NCBI RefSeq assembly: GCF_009914755.1
Contig: NC_060933.1
Length of the DNA: 64,000 nt
Reading direction: 5' to 3' (one strand)
From: the human T2T-CHM13v2.0 reference genome, Homo sapiens
Both the position numbers and the translations under genes were made by a program. Under the pieces are notes generated by a model that did not search any database, was not told where the DNA came from, and saw nothing but the letters and a program-made list of their open reading frames with translations. This document shows, piece after piece, positions 29,122 to 40,584 of this stretch. Numbering within the stretch: the first letter of the stretch is position 1; the number at the start of each line of letters is the position of its first letter.

Positions 29122-29625
29122 AGCCTCAAGAGCAAGACTCAGGCTTCAAAGCCTGTACATTCTCAAGGAGGAATGTACATGTTCCTGCCCTACCCATGTT
29201 TCCCATATGACCAATAAAATATACAAGGAAAGGCACCTAGATATTGAATCCATGGGTCCTGAAAACCAGTGGAGCCCACTGTATGCAGTGGAAACCCATT
29301 AAAACTTTGAACTCATCATTGCAATGTGTCTTCTGTTCTTCCCTTTCTTGAACAAGGGTTTTACCGCAGGCATATAGCCCTGCTCTGCTGTTGTCTGTAG
29401 GATCTATGGGAAGGAGAGGTGGATGGCTTACTTTTTAGCCCACAGAGAGATTTTTCATCTGGTCCTGGTGGAAAGAAACATGCATCACCTGGACCTTCCA
29501 GACTTTGAGCTGAGCTGAGTGCAGACACTCAAGGGCATTTTGTAAGGTTTCCTTGGGAGGACATGAGTATGCTGTATGGATGGGCAGAGGGGAGTAACCT
29601 GATATTTCTTGAGCAGCAGGGCAGA

Positions 29626-30006
29626 ATTCACAGAGGTCATTAGTGCTCACCTGGATCCATATGCACCTTTACCTTCCCAGACTCCTGCAGTTAGGGTGAT
29701 CAAGCGACTGACTTCTGGCCAATGAAATGTAGGCAGCCCTTTCCCCATCCAGGCTTGGCTCCTAAAATGTCCCACATCATCTTCCGTGTTTTTTCTCACT
29801 CCTCTATCTTCATGACTAAAGGCAAAACTCTAAGATGATTGAGTCACTTGATCCCAGTCTAATCCCAGATTAGAGAGAGAGAGTTCCAAAAAGAACTGGT
29901 TCATATCACACATGTGTTGAGCAAAATTAACCTTTTTTGATGTTAAGCCGCTAGGATTTGTGGTTATGCATTACACTATGTAGGATTAATTAGCCTGTTG
30001 ATTATA
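29626..30006 (+). mobile_element. MLT1I-like 3' LTR
   Basis: cttcccagactcctgcagttaggg ... ttctggccaatgaaatgt ... tgttaagccgctaggatttg; shares ctaa(g/a)atgtccc, atcttcc and atcttcatg blocks with 27480-27860. Confidence 0.65.
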
Positions 30007-30007
30007 A

Positions 30008-31200
30008 CAAGCAAAGAATATGAATAGATATATAAAAGAGGAAATGAAAAGGCTCTCAGCATGATGCAAATCAAAACAGCATTTAAATACCATTTCCTCA
30101 CCATCAGATTGGCAAAAACCAGTCTGCTAATACCAAGGAAAATATAAAGTCTTCAATACTGCTGGTGGGAGTGTGTGGAGGTTGGAGTTCAGGGTTGGAA
30201 ACAGAAATCAATCTAGTTTAAGCAGGAAGAGATTTCCTGCAGATAGTGGTGTGCTGGCTGGATCAGGGGAGGGGTGTGTTTCCAGGAATGTCCCAAGAAT
30301 ATGCATAACTCCACTTGGGCAGCTGCCAACCCTGCCATATGTGAGCGGTGGGAAGTTGGGAGGCTCTGTTAAAATCATTAGGTTTGAGAGCAAACTCGTT
30401 TACCTGTGTGTCAGAGATAAGTGAGCTGGAATGGAGTGGCCATGGCTGCCACATGGTGGGGTAGGCAGCTGAAGGCAGCAAGTGATGTCTTCCTCTGGTT
30501 CTACAATCACTTATATGAGCACTCTGCCAGTATGATCATAGGTGAAATGACACATAGCCTATGACTAGAAATCCTACTTCCTGGTGAGCACAGAACGATG
30601 TGGGTAAGAGGATTTCTCAGTAATGTTTGTAACAGTGAAAATGTTGGAAACAACAAACTATCTCTCAGCATAGGAATGGATAAATGAATCGTTTCTTGAC
30701 TGGATGGAATATTACAGAGCAGTTAAAATAAATGAACTATATCTACATACATCAACAAAGGTCAATAGCAAAAACATGATAATTCAAGGAAAAGACATGA
30801 CAAAAAGATGCATGAATATGTCAATGAGTCATATTCTAAAAAGCATCAAAGCAACTGCCTATCTTATTTTTAAGTACACACGTTGTAGTGATTGCTCATG
30901 ACATATATAAACCTAATTTAACTGAGGGGTCACCTCTACAGAAAGAGGGATCGCTGGCAGATGATGAAGGGATTTTAACTCAAATATTTTATCTTAAATA
31001 GTTGTTTATTTTATTTATAAGAATTTATTAAATTCTTACTTGTTTATCTCAAATATTTTATTTATTTATTTATTTTTGGGGGGGCCTGGAGCAATGATGA
31101 CACAACACGCACAGGTATCAATTCTTGGTGGTAGATGCGCAAGTGGCCAGTATATAATTCCATGGATTGGTTGGCTTTGAACTATTTCTTAATTAAAAAG
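30008..31200 (+). mobile_element. L1ME-like ORF2 end plus 3'UTR (interrupted at about 30175-30490)
   Basis: atgcaaatcaaaacagc ... accatcagattggcaaaaa ... atactgctggtgggagtgt ... ggaatggataaat ... gatggaatattacagagcagttaaaataaatgaacta. Confidence 0.75.
30175..30490. mobile_element. Old LTR relic (MLT1N/ERVL-like)
   Basis: ggaaacagaaatcaatctagtttaagcaggaagagattt; interrupts L1 colinearity. Confidence 0.4.
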
Positions 31201-31356
31201 AAAATTAGAAAGTGTATTCAGTAGAATTATATAAATATAAAGAAAACTGAAAGTAACAGATTGCTCATACCTGGGAAAACGATAAACTAGAATTATAATC
31301 GTAGTTTCATGCAATTTTGTATTTTTCATATATGCATATATAACATTTATAACCCA

Positions 31357-31700
31357 TGTTGGTATCTGTCAGCTAAGGACCAGTAGGGACACATCTGTGG
31401 CTGACAAAGTTAGATTTCTTAATTGCTATAACAAGAGGGCTCACACACCATGGGGAACCACGTGTGACCTGGGGTGAAGAGTGGACCTTATTAGCGGTTT
31501 AGTGAGTATGAGGGCTGGAGTCAGCTGCAGGATGGTCTTGCAGGCATTGGTCAGACTCTGTAAATGAGGAGATGCTGGAAGAGTCAGTGGCCTTATTTTT
31601 AGAGTACTTGTTTCCAAATAAAGTTTTATCTTGGAACGCAGTCAGAGAACATTTAAGAGAAGGGCCACTGGTTACCAATCAGTTGATGACAATGAATTCA
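31357..31700. mobile_element. ERVL-class LTR relic
   Basis: caaagttagatttcttaattgctataacaagagggctcacacaccatggggaacc resembles ERVL LTR motifs; family not resolved. Confidence 0.45.
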
Positions 31701-32297
31701 GCTCCAGTTTCTCGAGGAAGACCTTTGAGAACATGAACACCTTAAATTTCTCTGGCTTTCCCAATGTAAAATATGGAGTCATACTGGAAGTTCTTTACAA
31801 AATAGAACCATATTTAACATTTCTCCTTATACCTTGATGACTGTACTTCTTTACAACTTGCCTACTTGGGTATTTTTAAAACAGTGATTAGATGTACTAG
31901 CCTTTGCTTCGAGTTCTATTTCTGGTTTTTCTTTTTAAAGAAAAGAATAGTAGAGTGAGAAAGGATGACTGCTTTCGTCTCACTTAATTTTGCTTTGGAA
32001 AGACATGGCTGACCGTGTGGTGGTCACTTGTCTTCATGATAAAGAATGTATTCAGGACAAAATAAATAGCTTTGACATATCTGGTCTGAAAAACTTATAA
32101 AGTGATAGCAATGGACACAAGCAAAGGTCTCATGTAGTACAGGAGCCAGATAATTTCTAGAGCCAACCAGCAGCCCCCAAAAATGTGTAATTATGGCCAC
32201 AAACTTATGGCCCTTTCTCCTTTCAGCTTTTGGCTTTGTCACTCTGAAAAATTATCCACTGGGAATACCAAGCTCTGAATTTGTTTTTTAAAAACAT

Positions 32298-32453
32298 TAT
32301 TTATTATTTTATTTTTTTACTTTTTGATTTTTTGTAGAGATGGGGGTCTCACAATGCTGCCCAGGCTGATCTGGAACTCCTGGCCTCAAGTGGTCCTCCT
32401 GCCTCAGCCTCCCAAAGTGTTGGGATTACCCATGGGAGCTGCCATGCCTGGCC
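32298..32453 (-). mobile_element. FLAM_C / AluJ left monomer
   Basis: tgtagagatgggggtctcac ... ctcctggcctcaagtggtcctcctgcctcagcctcccaaag. Confidence 0.9.
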
Positions 32454-32979
32454 TTATTTCCTTATTTTATGCTGAGAATATAGCCTTGAAAAGCTTGCCT
32501 CTCATCAGATCTTTGGAGAGATCTTTTCCAGCAAGTTCACCTTTTCCTCTTGTCGTCTGTCTTACAGAATAATCATCCCAGCAGACTGCAAGGATTTTTA
32601 TGCCCGGAGAAGCACTGTCTTCAACAAGGGACATGGAAAAATTTCAGTTTATGTTTGAAGAGAACATGGATTCATTTGAAGAGGGATGTTGGAGGAGGAG
32701 GAGGCTGATGCGGGGAAACACCGCCTCTGTGGTCCGCGTTTGAGAGGTTACAGGGCCATCTGCTCAGCCTCCACCCAGTGCCACTGGGTTCTCCTGGATG
32801 GGGGCCTTCAGTGTCACAGATCTTTGGGGATTACCTCCTGACTCAGTAAAGAGTAAGGCAAGATTAGAGTATCCCAAGTTTGAGAGTAAGAAGCACTACC
32901 GTGGTGGGTTCCTGCTTTCTCCCTGTCAGTGCCTCCTCTTTCCTGGACGTGCAGTTTGGGAGCAGTTGGCCCCACCTCC

Positions 32980-33397
32980 CAAACCAATTTCTAAGAGCCC
33001 GTTGGGATTGCCTTAAACCAATCAAGACATGAACTCCACCATGATTGGTTCAGGGATAATCATACGACTCAAATCAGTCCAATCAGGTTCAGTAGCACTC
33101 AAGTGCAAGACATTTGGGTCCCAGAGAAGCAAAACACTTTCCTCCTGATTGGAAGCTGGCAGCGAGAGAGGAAGCTGCTGAGCACCATTTTGAGATGGTG
33201 GAGGGAAAGCCAGTGCTGAAGAGACACTTTTGAGAAACTGAGGGAAGAAATCAGTGCACAACATTTGAACACCTGGGTCACCTGTTGCCTGAAGCCAGCC
33301 TTGCCTTTAGACCTTTGCGCCCAATAAGCCAACACATGTCCTTTCTTTTTTTCAATGCCACTTTAAGTTATGTTCTCCATTACAACCAAAGCTCTAG
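32980..33397 (+). mobile_element. MLT1K/L-like solo LTR
   Basis: tgattggttcaggga ... ccaatcag ... gcctgaagccagcc ... aagccaacacatgtcctt ... ttaagtt ... caaccaaag. Confidence 0.65.
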
Positions 33398-34510
33398 GAT
33401 AGGAGTGTGGCTATCCTGGGGTCTGCTCTTTGGACAGAGTCCTTATGGCCGTGACAGAATCACCGTGAAAGGAGCTCTTGACTTGGTGTTGGGGCATCCA
33501 AGCTCTGATCTCATTTAGACTGAACTGGTTGGCTTTCTCTGAGACTCCAGTCCTCATGTGTGATAGAGATGATCCTTCCTGGCCTGTTTAACACAGAACT
33601 GATGTGAAGTCACCTGAGACAGAGAAGAGGAGAGCACACCGAAGAGTCTGAAGCTAGTGAGGCCGCTGTGCTCCTGGGAGCAGGCCGGACACTCCCTGGG
33701 GAGGCACGGTTGGGGCCAGCCTTCTGGAACCAGGCAGGCATGAGGCCAGGAGGCACTGTGCCCATGAAGGGAGAGACATGCTGGAAGGAGGGGATGAACA
33801 AGGGAATGTCCAGCCTGTGCCAACACCTGTGGGCAGGTGAAGGTCCTGTCCTCATTACACGTCCACCTTCAGTGTCTATATTTCTGCTTACCATGACACA
33901 GGAGAATGGCAGAGTTTGGGGCAGAAAGTCCTTTGACCTTGATGCTGTGAGTCCATGCAGAAGGTAGCCACCTGGCAGGTCATTAAAAAAGATTCAAGGA
34001 TGTGATTCTATAGAACAGCTATGCATGCCCAGGAGATTCCTTTCTCCCCACTTTTGAGAAATTCTTTGAGAGCAAAATTAATTCATGTAGTATCTGTAGG
34101 AAACAAATTATTTTCTTTACTTGGAAAGAATTCAAAAGACATGAGAGGGCAAGCAGTTGGTGGCAAGCACATGGCCAGTGAGAGACACAGGTGCTCCTCC
34201 TGCTGTAGACCAGCGTGGTGTTGCCTCGTGCTGAGCTAGCTGCCTTGCTAGAGGCCCAGGTTGCCTCTGGACTGCTCATGGGCAAACCATCCTTGCCAAA
34301 CTCCCTGAGGTCAGCTCCTCCCAGCCTTGGGGGTCTGTACTGTGGCAGAAGCCCCTTGTGGTTCATCCCTCAGCCACGCTTGTGGCACCACAGCCACCCT
34401 CTATAGCTGCTCCAATGAACACAGCTCCACAAGGCAGCTTTTCTCACCTCTCCAGCCCAGGGTGGGTTGTGTTAACCATGTCTTCTATTTTCTATATTTC
34501 CTAATGCTTT

Positions 34511-35437
34511 TGTAACCATGAGACCAGCTTAAACCCACTAACAATTGCCTAAGCTGTTATACATGGCACAGAGCCAAAATTGCAAGACATGTATCCTGGG
34601 CAAGACATGTATCCTTCAGCCTCCTAATTGGTAACAGGACCAGCATGGCAGTCTGGCTGCACTGGCATCATCTGGGACTAGTTAGAAATGCCATAAAAGC
34701 TTGACCCACTCCCAGATAGGCCTAGATGGCTTGAGGTAGAGAATGCTACAATTTTAAAATATCATTTTGCGTCAGAGCACGGGAAACAGATTGGAGAATT
34801 GCCACCTATCTCCTTGCCAGTAGACTCACAATGGCATTGGCTTTTGCCTTTCTCAAAAGCCGGTGCCATAATATTGGCTCCTGTGTTCACTGGATTACGA
34901 GACCATTGCTCAGTGACACTTTGACAACTAGGGCCTTGCTGGCCCTGTATGGACTGCCCCTCCCAGGGTTCATCAATTTGTAAAAGTAGTAAACAACTCA
35001 TACAAGAGATGCTTCTCAAATACAAACCAACCAATCCAGCGCCCACACCCCATCACCTTCCTTACTGGATTCTCACACTCTGGGCCACTGTGCCCCAGGG
35101 GCACCCCTTATGCCCCAGAGCCTGTTGAAGTTAGGATTGTTGCATTCCAATCCTAAGCTTGCTTACCCTACATCACTTATTCCTTCCCCTACATCACTTA
35201 TTCCTTCCCACAGAAACCGCAATAAAGGCTCTTGGCCATGTTTTCCTCCAGTTCCCTCTGCTCCCTGACCAGCCCTAGTGCTTCCCCACACACCCCGGCA
35301 TGAGGCAGGGTGTCCCCTCCTCTTGGAGTCTGAGTGACTGAATTATCTTTTCAATGGCACCCCTCTCCCTCCCCCCTCTCCTGCTCTGTTGGCCTTACTA
35401 TACCTCCAGTTTTCTATCAACCCACTATATTTTGAAA
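34511..35437 (+). mobile_element. MER74-like ERVL LTR (possibly containing a MER5 sliver near 34655-34700)
   Basis: ccaatcctaagcttgcttaccct ... cagaaaccgcaataaaggctcttggcc ... tatcttttcaatggca ... ctgttggccttactatacct. Confidence 0.7.
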
Positions 35438-37049
35438 TCTGGGCCCAGTGACAACGGTCCTCACTCAGAAGGTTCCAGTCATACTTTCTAGGAGAAGCTC
35501 AAAGTTACACACCTTGCATTTCACAAGTGCCAGTTCATTGTTTTAAGCCTCAAATTTCTCAACAGAGCAGGAAACCATTGTTGTTGTTGTTCTTTCTGTG
35601 CCTCCACAACCCGAGATAAACATCAGCCTAGAGTTTGGACAGGGAGTTGTTTATTATTCTTGGAAAAATAAGGAGAGAGGAGGCAAGTCTTGCATCAGTG
35701 TGCTCGCCCCTAGAGAGCTGTTATCATGACACAAACCCCAGGAGGAGGCCATCTTGTGAACAGTGATAGCTTCTAGCTCCTTCCACTGTGCACCGGATGG
35801 GTCTCTTCAGACATGGAAGTGAGACAGGCAGCTGTGCCCAGACTGTGGGGCTCATCAGCTTGGAAACTTCTGCCCTTAGGAACATAAACCTCCGGCCCTA
35901 AGTGGTTCAGAACTTACTGCCACTCAATCCCCCTGGCATGGGGCTTTTAATTTATTTGCAACAGTTTGGAAAAACATGATTTAAATGGATAAAGTTCAAA
36001 TATGAGCCAGCCAGTCTTGTCATCTTCATCACTGTACATTATTTACGTCAACAACAATCGTGAACTTGTATGAACTGTCAGGAACAGAACCCAAATGAAG
36101 TTTCCCCTCATCTATCATGTTTATTTTTCTTTGTTAGTACAGCCAGCACGTTTTGCATTTTTATTATCCAGTCTGCAACAACGCCAACATTCAGCATGGC
36201 AGACTTCCACAATACGTTAGGGGAGCTGATGACTTAGGAACAACATCAAAAGGCAATGAAGCAAATGAAGATGAATTGGTGCTCATTTGCTTGCTTGCTG
36301 CTGTGCTATGAAGTAGGAGAGGAAGGGCAGGTTTTATGTATGTTGAAAAATAATTTTGTGTCATTTCAATTAACTAGAGCATGCTGCTGGAATAATAAGC
36401 TTGAAATGGGAATTTTTCCACTCCTGGCTTCTGCAAGGACAGACATGGGCCAGTTCTGTGGGGATGGTAAGCCCCTACAACCCCTCTACTCAACCCCTCG
36501 GTAAAAATTCAGAGTGCTAATGATGATGTCCTACAAAACTACAAATGAAAACCATATGACATCCCATGGTCCACCGTTTCTATGATCTATGAAAGGGAAT
36601 CTCATTGCAAGAGGCATCTGAGGGCCACTTTCCGTGTTTGTGGGTAATGTGTCCACGTGGAGACAGGCTGTGGATACCTCCCCAGTGTGGGTCTCCCAAC
36701 AAAGCAAGGGGAAGACAGTTTGCTCTTAAACATCTCCCCACACTCCTTTTATGGATTCACTCCCCTTAGCCTCTCCCATATGCTTCTGGACTGCCTCATG
36801 TCAAGAAACGGCTGGTTGTCTACCCAGCTCCCATTATGCCTTTATTCTTTAAGAGGAGTCTGATTTTATTCTTGGAGTTAGCGTTCCCAGGTATGAAATG
36901 AAACTTTCCATCCTCCATTACAGCCAGGGGTGGGCAGCAGACCCAGTTCTAGCCCATAAACCCAGTCAGAAGAGCTTCCAGCAGATGTCTCTGTTTCACC
37001 CCTTCCCCTTCCTCCTTGTTTTTTTCTTTCTTAACCTGACCTCCACTAT

Positions 37050-37277
37050 CCTTAGACATGGCCTCCACCCTCAGGCTTTCTCTCCTTAGACATGGCCTCT
37101 GACCTCAGGCTCCCTTCCTCCTTAGAAGTTCCTTCTACCCTCAGGCTCCCTCCTCCTTATACGTGGCCTTTGCCCTCAGGCTTTCTCTCCTTAGATGTTG
37201 CCTCTGCCCTCAAGCTCCTTCCTCCTTAAATGTGGCTTCTGCCCTCGGGCTCCCTCCTCCTTAGATGTGGCCTCTAC
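37050..37277. repeat. Minisatellite, 34-36-bp unit, about 6.5 copies
   Basis: Consensus CCTTAGAYRTGGCCTCTGCCCTCAGGCTCCCTCCT. Confidence 0.95.
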
Positions 37278-37399
37278 TTGGAAAGTTTAGGGACTGTGTT
37301 CATCCTTCCAGCCCCTGCCCAGTTCCTGGGTCTCTAACATGCTTGTTAAATGAAAAAATCAGTGGTTGTGGAATGCCCTTCAAATTTAGCTGGATGGAT

Positions 37400-37643
37400 C
37401 TGTTGCAATGTTGTGTGGTATTTGCTTAGATACCCTAAAAATGCCTGAATCTTGCTCTGGCCCAGTGACTCCTTGTTTCTCTGAGGAGACGGTAGAACAT
37501 GAAATCAACATTTCCAGCTGAATGGTGAGGTGAGCTGAAAAACTGCCCCGTCAACCCATAGAACCAGGAGAAACAACAGCATTGCTGTATACGGCCACTA
37601 AATTTTGGACAAGTTTGTTATGCAGACACAGACAACTGATACA
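37400..37643 (+). mobile_element. MLT1H/J-like LTR fragment
   Basis: gccactaaattttggacaagtttgttatgcagacacagacaactgataca is an MLT1 3' terminus. Confidence 0.65.
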
Positions 37644-37939
37644 TGATCCTTTCTCCTTAATTCCTTATTCCCCCACTAATGAGGCAACTTGAGCATGTTT
37701 CTTACACCCTAATAGAGTGGATAAGAGATCAAAGACTTGAACAAGATCTATGCATTGCCTTGAAACAATACCTGCAGCAATGATTTCAGAGCAAAGATGC
37801 AGCCTTTGTGCCCCCCTGCAATGGATACAGTGACAGCGGCCTCAGGCCAAGCGCGAAGACGCTGGTGCTGCTTCCAGCCTGGCTCCCCTGGGCCAGTCTG
37901 CTTTGCCACACAAGCAGACTAAGTTGGCACGGTGTTTTC

Positions 37940-38270
37940 TTTTTTCTTTATTTTATTTATTTATTTATTTATTTTGAGATGGAGTTTCACTCTTATTGCC
38001 CAGGCTGGAGTACAATGGCTCTATCTCAGATCACCACAACCTCCGCCCCCGCCTGCCCCCACCCCACGTTCAAGCGATTCTTCTGCCTCAGTCTCCCAAG
38101 TAGCTGGGATTACAGGCATGCGCCACCACGCCCGGCTAATTTTGTAGTTTTAGTAGAGATGGGGTTTCTCCGTGTAGGTCAGGTGGGTCTTGAACTCCCG
38201 ACCTCATGTGATCCACCTGCCTTGGCCTCCCAAAGTGCTGGGATTACAGGCATGAGCCACCGCACCCGGC
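37940..38270 (-). mobile_element. AluSp with an internal C-rich insertion
   Basis: gggtttctcc ... ggtcagg ... ctcccgacc diagnostics; TSD gcac(g/a)gtgttttc. Confidence 0.95.
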
Positions 38271-40184
38271 GGCAGCACAGTGTTTTCAAAATATGCTCTG
38301 AGAAACAGTAGGGTTTCCACTAAGGTGCCATGGGGCAAGGCCAAGGGCATCCCCAGAACCTGGACTGTGGGACCTTCCCCTTTTGAGGGACAGGGATTTC
38401 TGGCTCTTGCCTGGGTTTTATATGTTGGGCTTCTATATACAATTTTATTTAAAGAAGGTATTTTGGTGTTTTTAACATGTGAACATCACTGAAAAAGATT
38501 ATTTCTAGGGGCCTTTGGGGATCTAACACTGAGTAAGCCTGAAAAGTCTGTGGATCTGTGATTGGCACTCACAGCATCTGAAGAGCCACAGGGACTTGCA
38601 ATGCCAGCATCATAAACCATGATCCTGGGGATTCAATACGGAAAACACACCCTTTTTCATAGAAAATTACTCCAAGACAATTGCCCATCCAAATGAAGCA
38701 GAGGGTGTTCTGAATGGAGGAATGAAGACAGATAGTGAAAAACAGGTAAGGACAGTCCACCCTGAATCCTGTCCAGTGCGGGGCCCCAACCAGGTGCTGG
38801 CCTGTTCCCTCTCTGTTTCCTATTTTGAGTGTTTTTTTTTTCTCTTTCTGTTTCTGGTTTCCATTGTTGGGTTTTCTAAATTTGCATTGCTCATGGAAGT
38901 ATCTCCAACTCCTCCTCTTTGTCTTTGGCGTATCATCAAACTGTTTGTTGCTAATAAGAAATAAAATCCGCATACCTGCACTTTAGCTGGTTTAGACTTG
39001 CGTGGCACAATCAGAAAATACTCTCTTTGTCTCTCTAAGAAAGTCTTCAGTGGAGGGAATATTTCTCTTCCCCGGGGACGGCAATGCAGCAGGCCTTATA
39101 CTTCTCTTACTATTTTTAAAAAAAACTCTTGATGGAAGTATTCTGTCTACTCAAGCCATCAAAACACAGTCTTAGAATATAGTCTCAATTTGGTCATTTG
39201 TGTTGAATCCTGTGTTGACCTGAATTGAGCGTCCCCTGCAGGCACATGTGGGCGGGCAGGCCAGTTCAGGGCCAGTCAGTCTGTCTGAGCCTGGTCTCTC
39301 CTGTTGTCCAGGGCCTCTCCACTTATGGCTGAGAGCTCACTGCTCCACATGAAGGTTTGGAGGAGGGACCACAGGAGGAGGAGAGCCCTGAGGACCTGCC
39401 TTCTGGGCCCAGGAAGGGCCTCCTGCTGACCCTCTCATAGTGCATTCTGGCTTGCCAAGCTCCCCTCTCACTGGGTGGGCGGGGAGGGTCTGTGACCGCA
39501 GCCCCTTCACCTGCAGTCGGGTTCACTTCTGCGGGTCGCTTACTCAGGGAGCCAGAGGTGGAGGGAGCTGAGCTGGCCTTTGATGCTGCTACCTCCCACA
39601 CCAGGCCCACATCCCATCAGGCCTCCTGCACCCTGAGCTGCAGCCGGCTCTGACAGGGCATCACTCCCAGCACAGTGGGTCTCCCATTCCCCATGATCTT
39701 AACAGCCACAGGAAGCAGTTCCTCACACGGAAGCGGGCAGGATGAGCTCTTGACTTGAGCTAAAAGGGAAAACACCTTCCACACCTACAGGGGGCTTCGA
39801 TACACCCTCCAAATAATCCTTTTCACAGAGTCTCCCAGCCTCCCCCACATGAGGCCTAGATGCTCCAACAGGTCCTCAGAGAGCAAAACCAATTTTTAAT
39901 GAATTCCGTTGTAAATGTTGCATAAGCTCCGGCACCTCGTTTGAAATGCAGCCAGTCCTGTGCCCTGTTTTCCAAGCAGCGCCTTCATGTTAACATCTTT
40001 TCATCTCTGGGAAGAAAATTGCTTTCCATCAAAAGATTTAGAAAGCATGGGATTTATAATTCTCTTTAATAAGCAAAACATGCGTGCAGAAACGCTAAGA
40101 AATGAGCGTGTGGGGTTTCCCCACTCAGACCCAGGTCAAGGTCAGAGCCTCCAGGGTCCCTATGTGCCTTAGTCATTTATGTAA

Positions 40185-40584
<400 letters not shown>

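Larger units (their letters stand above)
27861..29625 (+). mobile_element. MLT1 internal region (interrupted by a nested LTR)
   Basis: Starts aaaactagtgccaggggtggagtgct (compare gaaaattagtaccaaggagtgggg at 50615); ends in purine-rich gcagggcagaa. Confidence 0.6.

Noticed and set aside
37050-37277. CRISPR-like periodicity
   Set aside because: There are no unique spacers, the units are contiguous and degenerate, and the context is eukaryotic with no cas genes.
37808-38311. 167-aa ORF and the other Alu-overlapping ORFs
   Set aside because: These are typical Alu-derived translations (for example [10 protein letters not shown] and SQSAGITG).
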